Of a stretch of DNA of 58,287 nt, positions 49,646-58,287 are shown piece after piece (positions within the stretch are counted from its first letter, which is position 1; each line of letters opens with the position of its first letter). A model generated the notes under the pieces. That model was given only the letters and a program-made list of their open reading frames with translations, had not been told where the DNA came from and did no database searches. Both the position numbers and the translations under genes were made by a program. Origin of the DNA: Actinomycetota bacterium (GTDB lineage Bacteria; Actinomycetota; Acidimicrobiia; IMCC26256; VFJJ01); NCBI GenBank assembly GCA_009886115.1, contig VFJJ01000057.1, positions 1 through 58,287 on the forward strand. Reading direction: 5' to 3'.

Positions 49646-51043
49646 ATGCGTACCAAGACCGGCGTTCGTTTCGTGGCCAGTGCGATGGCGCTGGCCCTCC
49701 TGGCCGCAGCGTGCGGCGACGACGATGACGACGCTCCCGTAGCAGCGGTCACGACCGTCTCGGCGAGTGACACCACCGAGGCCACGACCGGCACGACCGG
49801 GGGAGCGGGGCCCGCGACAACCGTGGCGACCGAGCCCGCGACCACGACCACGGCGGCTCCGGCGGAGCCGGTGACGATCAAGATCGGCTTCGCCTACCCC
49901 GATCTCTCGCTGTTCACCGACGCCTTCCCCAAGGCCACCATCGGTGATCCGGAGTTGCAGATCCTGGCCGCTGTCGAGAAGGCCAGGGCCGACGGGCTCC
50001 TGCCGGTCGGCCACGTCGACATCGAGCTCTCGATCCGGAAGTTCAGCGTCCTCGACGACGACGACAAGCAGGCGGTGTGCCAGGCCTTCGCCGAGGAGGA
50101 CGAGGTCTTCGCCGTGCTCGCCCAGCGGGAGTTCAACGCGGGGAGCGAGTGCCTGGCATCCCGCTTCGACATTCCGACCATCAACATCGCGCCGTTCCCG
50201 CCGAGCAAGTACGAGTCGATCGGTCCGTCGCTGTTCACCATGCGGGTCGACGAGGGCACGATCGCCCGGCAGTTCGTGGCCTGGGCGGCGGCCGAAGGCA
50301 TCTTCGACGACAAGTCCATCGGGCTCATCTTCGACACCCGCTACGAGGAGACGACCGACATCCTCAAGGAGGCGATGGCCGCGGCCGGATACTCGTTCGT
50401 CAGTGAGGTTTCGCTCACCGGCGAGGGCATCGGCGAGGTCGACGTCGCCGTGGTGGCTCAGCGCCTCAAGGCCGACGGCGCCGACCTGATCATCGCCCCG
50501 GTCGGCAGCACCGACGTGGGCAACGTGATGGCTGCAGCCAACGACATCGACTACCTGCCCGAGTGGGTCGACTTCGACATCCAGTCGCACATGGGTGACG
50601 TCTCGGCCAGCTTCTTGGAGGACAACCACTACGACGGGACCAGGGCCATCGCTGCACTCAAGGTCGGCGATCCGGCCGACAACGAGCTCGACCCTGGGGC
50701 CGCGGAATGCCTTGCCAACTACGAGGAATTCGCCGGTGTCACCATCGAGCCCGCGGTCTCCACCATCGAGTCGGGTGAGCTCGAGACTCTGCTCATGACC
50801 TGCGATCTCCTGAGCGTGCTGCTCGCCGGGCTCGATGCCGCGGTCGCCAGCGGTGAGGAGATCACCGCTGCGTCGCTGATCGCCGGGCTGGAGACCGTGT
50901 CGGGTCTGCCTCTGGCGTACTGGGATTCCGTGTCCTTCACTGCAGACAAGCACAGCGGTGCCGACACCTGGCGCGAGGTCGTGTACGAGGCTGACTGCTT
51001 CTGCTTCCAGCCGGTCGGCGAGTTCACGCCGTTCGACGTCTGA
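49646..51043 (+). CDS. ABC substrate-binding lipoprotein (Liv/type I periplasmic-binding family)
   Basis: Lipobox LAAAC, Thr/Ala-rich tether, IKIG, acidic body. Confidence 0.82.
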   Translation: MRTKTGVRFVASAMALALLAAACGDDDDDAPVAAVTTVSASDTTEATTGTTGGAGPATTVATEPATTTTAAPAEPVTIKIGFAYPDLSLFTDAFPKATIGDPELQILAAVEKARADGLLPVGHVDIELSIRKFSVLDDDDKQAVCQAFAEEDEVFAVLAQREFNAGSECLASRFDIPTINIAPFPPSKYESIGPSLFTMRVDEGTIARQFVAWAAAEGIFDDKSIGLIFDTRYEETTDILKEAMAAAGYSFVSEVSLTGEGIGEVDVAVVAQRLKADGADLIIAPVGSTDVGNVMAAANDIDYLPEWVDFDIQSHMGDVSASFLEDNHYDGTRAIAALKVGDPADNELDPGAAECLANYEEFAGVTIEPAVSTIESGELETLLMTCDLLSVLLAGLDAAVASGEEITAASLIAGLETVSGLPLAYWDSVSFTADKHSGADTWREVVYEADCFCFQPVGEFTPFDV

Positions 51044-51259
51044 CAGCGAAAGCTCAGGCATGGTCGAGCGCGGTCCCGGGTCTCCGCCACCCGGGACCGC
51101 CCGATCGGTCGCTGACCGACGATGACGGCCTCCTCCGAGACAGCGGCGCGCGAGCCGGGTCAGGCCCCTCTCGGAGCTCCGCGTTGTGGAGGTCTCTGGC
51201 GGTATCCGGGTCGACGTGATCGTCGGCCAGCGTGGTTGGGAGCGGGCACTCGATGTCAT

Positions 51260-51272
51260 TTGAGGATACTGA
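51260..51272. promoter_or_regulatory. Candidate operator TTGAGGATACTGA
   Basis: Reverse complement TCAGTATCCTCAA matches the motif; 13 nt before the ATG. Confidence 0.55.
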
Positions 51273-51285
51273 TATCCTGGGCGGG

Positions 51286-52956
51286 ATGACCTCAGTCGGG
51301 CAGCGCCTCGTCGATCTCCTGGGCGCCACCGGGTCCCCGATCTTCGGAGTGCCCGGGGGCCAGACGCTGCCGCTGTACGCAGCCAGTGCCGCGTCAGGGC
51401 ACCGGCACGTGCTCGTGCGCGACGAGCGCAACGCGGCCTGCGCCGCGGACGCCTACGCCCGAGTGACGGGTCAGGTCGGGATCTGCGACGCCACGGTCGG
51501 CCCCGGTGTCACGAACCTGGTGTCGGGCCTGGCCGAGGCGTACGCATCGTCGATCCCCGTGATCGCCATCATCGCCGACATACGACGCGACACCGAGCAC
51601 CTCCGACGCCGATCGGTGGTCTCGCAGGCGCTCGATCAGCGGGCGCTGCTCGCCCCCGTCACCAAGTGGGTCGGGCAGGTGCGCGAGCCGGCCGCGCTCG
51701 ACGAGATCGTCGACCACGCGCTCCGGGTGGCCACCACCGGGCGCTGCGGTCCTGTCGCCATCGAGATTCCCGAGGACATCTTCCTCGGAGCGGCCGACCT
51801 GGCCCGGCCCCGGACGACAACCCCGTCCGATCTCGAGTACCCGAGACATCGGCCCGGGCTCTCGACGCGCGTGCTCGAAGAGGTCGCGGCCCTGGTTCGG
51901 GGCGCGTCCCGTCCGGTCGTCCTCGCCGGGGGTGGGGTTGTGCTCAGCGGCGCCGCCGCGGCACTGACCCAGTTGGCGGAGAGTCACAACCTGCCCGTCG
52001 TCACCACCCTCAACGGCAAGGGCGGTATCGACGAACGAGCGCGCCTGTCGGGCGGGGTCGTCGGTAGCTTCGGCACCGCTCGGGGCAACGTGGTCGTCCG
52101 CTCGGCCAATCTCGTGATCGCCGTCGGGACCAAGCTCGATCAGCTCACGACGCATTCGTGGCGGCTCCCCGCTCTGAGCCAAGACGTGGTGCACATCGAC
52201 ATCGACGGCGAGGAGATCGGGCGCACGATGCCCGTCCGCATAGGCGACGTCGCAGATGCCCGCTCGTTCCTCGAGCAGCTCGACACCGCACTGGTCGGGT
52301 GGTCGTCGCCCGGAGTGGCTGGCGGTTCGTGGATCGACGACATCAACCCCCACGACCAGGCCAAGAGCCCGGGCGACGGGCGGATCTCCCCGGTCGAGGT
52401 GGTCTCGGCCCTCGACGACCTGTTGGGGCCCGACGACCTCCTCGTGTGCGACGCCTCGCTGGCTTCGGGCTGGGCCGCCACCTATTTCCGGATCAAGCGT
52501 TCCGGCGTCGGGATGGTCGCACCCCGCGGCCTCGCCGGTCTCGGCTGGGCGCCCGGTGCGGCGCTGGGTGCGCGGCTGGGCCGTCCGGCGGGCAAGGTGG
52601 TCGTGCTCACGGGCGACGGAGCCTGGGGCTACGGCCTGGTCGAGGTGGAAACCGCAGCGCGACTCGGCCTCGACATCTCCTACGTCGTGCTGAACAACGC
52701 TGCGCTCGGCTGGGTGCGTCACGCCGAGGAGGCGATGTATCCCGAGTCGAGCTCGACCTTCGACGAGGTCGACTTCGCCGGTGTCGCCCGGGGCATGGGA
52801 GCGAACGCGTGGTGCGTTCACGACCCGACGACGCTGGCGACGGCGTTGGCTGATGCCCTTCGCGACCCGGGACCGTCGCTCGTCGATGTCAAGACCTCGG
52901 TCGACCCGTCACCGGTGATCCGTCTCGGGGTGGTACGCCAATCGCCATACATCTAG
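51286..52956 (+). CDS. ThDP-dependent enzyme (acetolactate synthase-like)
   Basis: GVPGG, RDE..A..ADAYAR, GPGVTN, GDGAW..VVLNN. Confidence 0.9.
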   Translation: MTSVGQRLVDLLGATGSPIFGVPGGQTLPLYAASAASGHRHVLVRDERNAACAADAYARVTGQVGICDATVGPGVTNLVSGLAEAYASSIPVIAIIADIRRDTEHLRRRSVVSQALDQRALLAPVTKWVGQVREPAALDEIVDHALRVATTGRCGPVAIEIPEDIFLGAADLARPRTTTPSDLEYPRHRPGLSTRVLEEVAALVRGASRPVVLAGGGVVLSGAAAALTQLAESHNLPVVTTLNGKGGIDERARLSGGVVGSFGTARGNVVVRSANLVIAVGTKLDQLTTHSWRLPALSQDVVHIDIDGEEIGRTMPVRIGDVADARSFLEQLDTALVGWSSPGVAGGSWIDDINPHDQAKSPGDGRISPVEVVSALDDLLGPDDLLVCDASLASGWAATYFRIKRSGVGMVAPRGLAGLGWAPGAALGARLGRPAGKVVVLTGDGAWGYGLVEVETAARLGLDISYVVLNNAALGWVRHAEEAMYPESSSTFDEVDFAGVARGMGANAWCVHDPTTLATALADALRDPGPSLVDVKTSVDPSPVIRLGVVRQSPYI

Positions 52957-53050
52957 GCCGGCCATGGGTGTCGTCGAGACGCGACGGGCGCGCGGTCATC
53001 GCCTCTCGGCGCCGGGCGATGGCCCACCTGATTCGGAGGGGGGAGCGCTC

Positions 53051-54193
53051 GTGGAGTTCGAGTGGTCGCAGGAGGACAGCAGCTTCCGTACGCAGCTCCG
53101 GGCGTTCCTCGACGAGGAGCTCCCAGGCCGGTGGACGGGTGCCGTCGCCACGCTGGGATCACGCGAGAACGTCGCGTACTCGCGCCGCTTCGCCGGCCTC
53201 ATGGCCGAGCACGGCTGGTTGACGCCGCACTGGCCGACCGAGCACGGCGGACACGCCGCTTCGGCCTGGCAGCACACCGTCCTCGGCGAGGAGCTGTGGT
53301 CGATCGGCGAGCCCCGGGGCCCGCAGTACATGAACGTCAACTGGATCGGGCCGTCGATCATGGCCCACGGCACGCCCGACCAGCAGCGTCTGCACCTCCC
53401 GTTGATCGCCCGAGGCGACGTGATCTGGTGCCAGGGCTTCTCGGAACCTGACGCCGGAACCGACCTGACTTCCTTGCGCACCCGGGCCGAGCTCGACGGT
53501 GACGAGTACGTCGTGAACGGATCGAAGATCTGGACCTCGTACGCCGACGTCGCTAACTACTGCTATCTCCTCGTCCGCACCGACAGCGGAGGCACCCGCG
53601 GTCAGGGGATCTCCGTGCTCCTGGTGCCGACCGACACCCCCGGGTTCGCGATCCGACCGATCGGGTCGATGGTCGGCGAGCACTCGTTCAACGAGCTCGT
53701 GTTCACCGACATGCGGGTCCCCGTGAGCTGCCGGCTCGGACCCCAGGACGAGGGCTGGGCGGTCGTCAGGGAAGCGCTGGCGTACGAGCGGGTCGGCGCG
53801 CCCCGCTGGGCCCGGGCCGCGCGTCTCCTCGAGGAGGTGGTCGAGTGGGCGATCGCCAACGACCGCTTCGACGATCCCGTCAGCCTGGAGATCGTCGGCC
53901 GAGCCCGGGCGACGTGCGAGGCCGCCCGGCTGCTCTACTACCGCGTGATCGACGAGCGCGACCGGGCCCAGGGCAGCTCGGCCAATCCGTCGCTCGCCCG
54001 GGTGGCGATGGTGCAGGCCGAACGGATCGTGGCCGAGGCCTGCCTCGAGCTCATGGGCGCCGGCTCGCTCGAGTACGCCAGCCTGGCCGACCATCAGCTG
54101 CGCAAGTCCCTGGCCGCCGGCGTGGCCGCCGGGACGTACGAGGTGCAGCTCAACCTCATCTCCCGCTTGCACCTGCGCCTGCCCAAAGGTTGA
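53051..54193 (+). CDS. Acyl-CoA dehydrogenase (catalytic alpha-type subunit)
   Basis: WCQGFSEPDAGTDL, NGSKIWTS, FNELVF, LAYER. Confidence 0.92.
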   Translation: MEFEWSQEDSSFRTQLRAFLDEELPGRWTGAVATLGSRENVAYSRRFAGLMAEHGWLTPHWPTEHGGHAASAWQHTVLGEELWSIGEPRGPQYMNVNWIGPSIMAHGTPDQQRLHLPLIARGDVIWCQGFSEPDAGTDLTSLRTRAELDGDEYVVNGSKIWTSYADVANYCYLLVRTDSGGTRGQGISVLLVPTDTPGFAIRPIGSMVGEHSFNELVFTDMRVPVSCRLGPQDEGWAVVREALAYERVGAPRWARAARLLEEVVEWAIANDRFDDPVSLEIVGRARATCEAARLLYYRVIDERDRAQGSSANPSLARVAMVQAERIVAEACLELMGAGSLEYASLADHQLRKSLAAGVAAGTYEVQLNLISRLHLRLPKG

Positions 54194-54196
54194 TCC

Positions 54197-55174
54197 GTGG
54201 ACTTCGATCTCGACCTCGAACAAGAAGCGATCGTCTCGGCGGTCGACGCGATCCTCGATCACCACGCCGGCCCGGCCCGGATGCGGGCGCTCGGTGGCGA
54301 CGATCCCGGCTACGACCACGAGCTCGACCGGGTGCTGCAGGCGCACGGCTACCTCGAGCTGGCCGATGGTGGCGATGGCCTTCGCGGCCGACTCGAGGCG
54401 GCGCTGGTGGTCGAGGCGGTCACGGCCCGCCACGGGGTGATCGCCGGTGGCACGCGTGCGCTCGTGGGGCCGGTGCTCGGGATCGACGTGCCCGGTCCGA
54501 TCGCCGTGGTCGCCGCGGGTCATCGCGGCCCGGCCCGGTTCCTCGCCGACGCCCGAACCATCGTGGTCGTCGACAGCACGGAGGTTCGGGTCCTGAGCCC
54601 GGGCCCGGGGTCCACGATCCGGGTGCGGTCGAGGATGGGTTGGCCCATGGGCCGCCTGGCCCCGTCCGGCGCGGCTGCCGGCCCCGCCGATCGAGCTGGC
54701 CCGCTCGATCTGGAGGGAGGGCAAACGGTGGCCGTCGCCCCGTCCGTGGTCGGCGCCTGGTGGCGGGTCGCATTGGCTGCCGAGCTCGTCGGGACCATGC
54801 GTGCGGCGCTGGCGCTGACCGTCGAGCACGTGACGCACCGCAGGCAGTTCGACAAGGCGATCGGGTCGTTCCAGGCCGTGCAACACCGGCTCGCCGAGTG
54901 CGCGGTGGCCGTTGAAGGGAGCCGATGGCTCATGCTGGAGGCGGCGTGGCTGGGTGCGCCGCCGCAGGCCGCGGCGGTTGCGCTGACGCAGGCGCTGACG
55001 GCGGCCCAGCGGGTGTTCGCCGACACCCACCAGTTCCATGGGGCGCTCGGGTTCACCACCGAGTACGACCTCCACCTCGCGACCATGCGACTGCCCGCGC
55101 TGCGCATCGAGGCCCAGGCCTTGGGCAGGCCCGCGACCGCGGTTGCCGTCGAGCGGTGGAAGACCGCCCGATGA
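54197..55174 (+). CDS. Acyl-CoA dehydrogenase, short beta-type subunit
   Basis: RRQFDKAIGSFQAVQHRLA, HQFHGALGFT.E. Confidence 0.88.
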   Translation: MDFDLDLEQEAIVSAVDAILDHHAGPARMRALGGDDPGYDHELDRVLQAHGYLELADGGDGLRGRLEAALVVEAVTARHGVIAGGTRALVGPVLGIDVPGPIAVVAAGHRGPARFLADARTIVVVDSTEVRVLSPGPGSTIRVRSRMGWPMGRLAPSGAAAGPADRAGPLDLEGGQTVAVAPSVVGAWWRVALAAELVGTMRAALALTVEHVTHRRQFDKAIGSFQAVQHRLAECAVAVEGSRWLMLEAAWLGAPPQAAAVALTQALTAAQRVFADTHQFHGALGFTTEYDLHLATMRLPALRIEAQALGRPATAVAVERWKTAR

Positions 55175-55244
55175 GCTCGACGCCGATCACGCCAACGAGC
55201 TCGCGGCCGGTGACCCCCGGGCGTCGTGGACGAGACGGCGCGCG

Positions 55245-56192
55245 ATGAGCCTCGATCTCTCCTACAGCGCCGAGCAGCAGGCCTTGGCCGAGTCGGTCCG
55301 CCGCCATTGCGAGCGGACCCTTGCGATGCCGCACTTTGACGCTGCCCCTTCCGTCGCCGTCGATCCGCTGCCGGCCGGGTACTGGTCGGGTCTGGCCGAG
55401 CTCGGGGTGCTGGCACTGGGCACCCCCGAGGGCGGCGGTGGATGTCTCGAGATCTGCGCGGCCATGGAGGCGTTGGGGACGGCCGCCGCGCCCGGTCCGC
55501 TCGTGGGCCACTTCGTCGCTACCGCCCTGTTGGCGCCCGACGACCGCTCGCCGCTGACGACCGCAACAGGCCTGGTCACCGTGGGCTGCCCGCCGCTGCT
55601 CCCCTGGGCCGCGGTGGCCACGACGTTCGTCGAGCTCGCTGACGACCGGGCCTGGCTGGCACGGCCACGCGGAGCGCCGGAACCCGTCGAGACCACCGCC
55701 GGCGAGCCCTGGGCCCGGGTCGGGCTCGAGCGGGTGTCGGAGCTGGGCGATCCCCGGCTCGCCGTTGCCCGCGGCCAGGTCGCGCTGGCGGCGTATCTCG
55801 TCGGCGCGGGCCGGCACTTGCTCGCCGTCTCGGTCGACTACGCCCGCGACCGGGTGCAGTTCGGCCGCCCGATCGGGAGCTTCCAGGCGGTCGCCCATCC
55901 GCTGGCCGACCGCGCGACCTCGCTACAGGCAGCCTCGATCCTGGTTCGCATCGGGGCGTTCCGCATCGACGATGGCGACCAGGCAGGCCCGGGCGCGGCC
56001 GCGACAGCGCTGCTCTCGTCGGCCCGAGCCGCGACCGAGATGGCGTATCGCGCACACCAGACCATGGGCGCCATGGGTTTCACGGTCGAAGGACCCGTGG
56101 CCCGGGCATCGCTGCGCATCCGCCAGCTGAGCCTGCATTCTCCCGGCCTTCCCCGTGCACGGCACCTCGTGCTCGAAGGGCTCGGGTTGTGA
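55245..56192 (+). CDS. Acyl-CoA dehydrogenase, short beta-type subunit
   Basis: RVQFGRPIGSFQAVAHPLA, HQTMGAMGFT.E. Confidence 0.88.
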   Translation: MSLDLSYSAEQQALAESVRRHCERTLAMPHFDAAPSVAVDPLPAGYWSGLAELGVLALGTPEGGGGCLEICAAMEALGTAAAPGPLVGHFVATALLAPDDRSPLTTATGLVTVGCPPLLPWAAVATTFVELADDRAWLARPRGAPEPVETTAGEPWARVGLERVSELGDPRLAVARGQVALAAYLVGAGRHLLAVSVDYARDRVQFGRPIGSFQAVAHPLADRATSLQAASILVRIGAFRIDDGDQAGPGAAATALLSSARAATEMAYRAHQTMGAMGFTVEGPVARASLRIRQLSLHSPGLPRARHLVLEGLGL

Positions 56193-56226
56193 CGGACCGA
56201 ACACGAGGAAGCAGAAAGGACAGCTC

Positions 56227-57045
56227 ATGGCGATCACGGAGCCCGTCGAGGGCCTTCTCTACGAGAAGCGCGACCACATCGCGTTCATCACGCTGAATCG
56301 GCCCGAGCGGGGCAACGCACTGCACGGCTCCATGGTGGGGCCCATGAAGGAGATCTGGGCCGAGGTACGCGAGGATCCCTGGATCCGGTGTGCCATCGTG
56401 ACCGCTGCTGGCGAACGCCATTTCTGCACGGGTGCCGACGTGGGTGCGGTCGTGGCCCGGGGGGGCAAGGTGAGCTCCGGCAAGGGCCCGCTCACCGACG
56501 AGGTGTTCTGGTCGCCTCGCCAGAACCGGGTCTGGAAACCCACCATCTGCGCCGTGAACGGCGCCGTCGCCTCTGCAGGGCTGCACTTCGTCGTCGACGC
56601 CGACATCGTCGTCGCCTCGCGGACGGCCACCTTCCTCGACACCCACGTGAACGTCGGGATGGTCGGCGCGGTTGAGAACATCGGCTTGGCCAAGCGCCTG
56701 CCGTTGGGCAGCGCGCTGCGGATGACCTTGTGCGGCAAGGCGTACCGGATGACCGCCGAGCGCGCGTATCAGCTCGGTCTGGTCGATGAGCTCACCGAGC
56801 CGGCCGACCTCCTGTCGAGCGCTGAGGAGATCGCCAAGCAGATCTGCGCCAACTCACCGGCCGCGGTCTCGTTGTCGCAGCAGGCGATCTGGAGCTCGGT
56901 CGAGATGGGCTATCGCGACAGCCTCGAGTATGGCTGGGCGCTGCTGCGCATGCACTGGGACCATCCCGACTTCAAGGAAGGGCCCAAGGCGTTCGCCGAG
57001 AAGCGCGAACCCCAGTGGTATTCGCCCGATGCCCCCGCTCACTGA
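56227..57045 (+). CDS. Enoyl-CoA hydratase/isomerase (crotonase) family
   Basis: LNRPERGNAL, FCTGAD, KPTICAVNG, EGPKAFAEKREP. Confidence 0.92.
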   Translation: MAITEPVEGLLYEKRDHIAFITLNRPERGNALHGSMVGPMKEIWAEVREDPWIRCAIVTAAGERHFCTGADVGAVVARGGKVSSGKGPLTDEVFWSPRQNRVWKPTICAVNGAVASAGLHFVVDADIVVASRTATFLDTHVNVGMVGAVENIGLAKRLPLGSALRMTLCGKAYRMTAERAYQLGLVDELTEPADLLSSAEEIAKQICANSPAAVSLSQQAIWSSVEMGYRDSLEYGWALLRMHWDHPDFKEGPKAFAEKREPQWYSPDAPAH

Positions 57046-57071
57046 GCACGCATACCGACGATCGGGCGTTC

Positions 57072-58196
57072 ATGGACCTGACTCTGGATCCCGACCTCGA
57101 GGCGTTCCGGACCGAGGTTCGGCGCTTCCTCCACGACTTCGGTGAAGCCGACGCGTTCTTCCACCACGAGGGCGAGCACGAGGTCGCGACCCGTCGCTTG
57201 AACCGGGCCCTGGGTGAGCGGAACTGGCTGGCGCTCACCTGGCCCGAGGAAGCGGGCGGGCAGGCAAAGTCGCCCCTGTACGAGTTCGTGCTCTGGGACG
57301 AGATGGCGCGGGCCCGGGCAGCGAGGCCGCCGCTCGGGGCGGGCATCGTGGCCAAGACCATCGTGGCGTTCGGCACGAGTGAGCAGAAGGCTCGACTGCT
57401 CCCGGGCCTCAGGGCTGGGGAGACGTTCTTCTCGTTGGGCTATTCGGAACCCGAAGCCGGCTCCGACTTGGGAGGCTTGCGCACGAGGGCCGTCCTCGAC
57501 GGTGATCGCTACATCCTCAACGGGGAGAAGCGTTGGACCTCGGGCGCGCACCGGGCCGACTACCTCTGGGTGCTGTGCCGGACCGGACCGCTGGAGGCTC
57601 GGGCTCGGGCGCTGACCATCCTGATCGTCGACCGTCGCAGCCCGGGCATCACGATCTCGCCCATCCCCGCGATCGACGGCGAGCGCTTCAACGAGGTGCG
57701 TTTCGACGACGTGATCGTGCCCGTGTCGAACCGCGTCGGCGAGGAGAACGGGGCCTGGACGTTGATCAGCGAAGCCCTGGCCACGGAACGCCATGTGCAG
57801 TTCCCGCCGGCTCGCGTCAGGCAGGACTTCGATGACGTCGTGGCGTGGCTCCGCGAGCAGGGCCTCACCGACGACCCGGTGGTGCGTTACCGACTCGCCG
57901 ACCTCGCCGTCGACGTCGCCGAGGCCGAGGCATTGGCGCTGGCGATGCTCGAGGCGGTTCAGAACGGCCGACCGGTGGTGGTCGAGGCGGCGTGCAACAA
58001 GTTGGCCGGCAGCGAGGTCTGCCAACGGGTTGCCCGTCTGGCCGGCGACGTTGGTGCACCCGAGGCCATCGTGCGCGGTTCGTTGATCGAGTACCTGTGG
58101 CGCCAGTCGATCAGCGAGACCATCGGCGGGGGCACGTCGGAGATCATGCGGGGCATCATCGCTGGCAACGCTCTGGGCCTGAGCGCCAGGGCCTGA
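57072..58196 (+). CDS. Acyl-CoA dehydrogenase (catalytic alpha-type subunit)
   Basis: GYSEPEAGSDL, NGEKRWTS, FNEVRF, LATER, IGGGTSE. Confidence 0.92.
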   Translation: MDLTLDPDLEAFRTEVRRFLHDFGEADAFFHHEGEHEVATRRLNRALGERNWLALTWPEEAGGQAKSPLYEFVLWDEMARARAARPPLGAGIVAKTIVAFGTSEQKARLLPGLRAGETFFSLGYSEPEAGSDLGGLRTRAVLDGDRYILNGEKRWTSGAHRADYLWVLCRTGPLEARARALTILIVDRRSPGITISPIPAIDGERFNEVRFDDVIVPVSNRVGEENGAWTLISEALATERHVQFPPARVRQDFDDVVAWLREQGLTDDPVVRYRLADLAVDVAEAEALALAMLEAVQNGRPVVVEAACNKLAGSEVCQRVARLAGDVGAPEAIVRGSLIEYLWRQSISETIGGGTSEIMRGIIAGNALGLSARA

Positions 58197-58257
58197 GCGC
58201 CGAGCGCCGAGCGCCGAGCGCCGAGCGCCGAGCGCCGAGCGCCGAGCGCCGAGCGCC
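58195..58257. repeat. Perfect heptamer tandem repeat (GAGCGCC)9
   Basis: Nine exact copies beginning within the stop codon. Confidence 0.95.
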
Positions 58258-58287
58258 CGGGCCGCAGCCGGGGCGGTCGCCTCTGAC

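Noticed and set aside
51133..51176. Inverted repeat CTCCGAGA..TCTCGGAG as a terminator
   Set aside because: Long loop and no U-tract; could arise by chance at this GC content.

Overview
High-GC (roughly 70% by eye), densely coding bacterial DNA. Gene content suggests an actinobacterium, probably Acidimicrobiia (inference). No rRNA, tRNA, CRISPR array or intact mobile element was seen. Four blocks are present. (1) 1-7.4 kb: a giant (>2,080 aa, open at the left edge, absent from the ORF track) SARP/BTAD-adenylyl cyclase-STAND-TPR-STAND-TPR protein, divergent from a GNAT acyltransferase with a C-terminal cNMP-binding domain; this is a candidate self-contained cAMP circuit. (2) 7.7-19.9 kb: a methylated-amine/C1 cluster with a PhyH dioxygenase, an FAD amine oxidoreductase, a non-canonical ACAD-fold protein, TMAO demethylase, a flavin reductase and a split NAD-linked formate dehydrogenase with an in-frame UGA plus SECIS. 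(3) 20-36 kb: an uncharacterised small-molecule modification cluster with a sulfotransferase, two phosphohistidine-swivel proteins lacking an ATP-grasp domain, DUF1214-like, SnoaL, two beta-barrel-type hypotheticals, SDRs, a double CoA-transferase and an amidohydrolase. (4) 36-58 kb: a catabolic region with a dispersed Liv-type ABC system (including an MFS-ATPase fusion), GGT, an F420 LLM enzyme, TauD, a ThDP enzyme and heteromeric-type acyl-CoA dehydrogenases, linked by a shared TCAGTATACT-like motif. Most long ORFs in the supplied track are antisense or off-frame shadows. All family calls come from motif recognition by eye; no searches were run.
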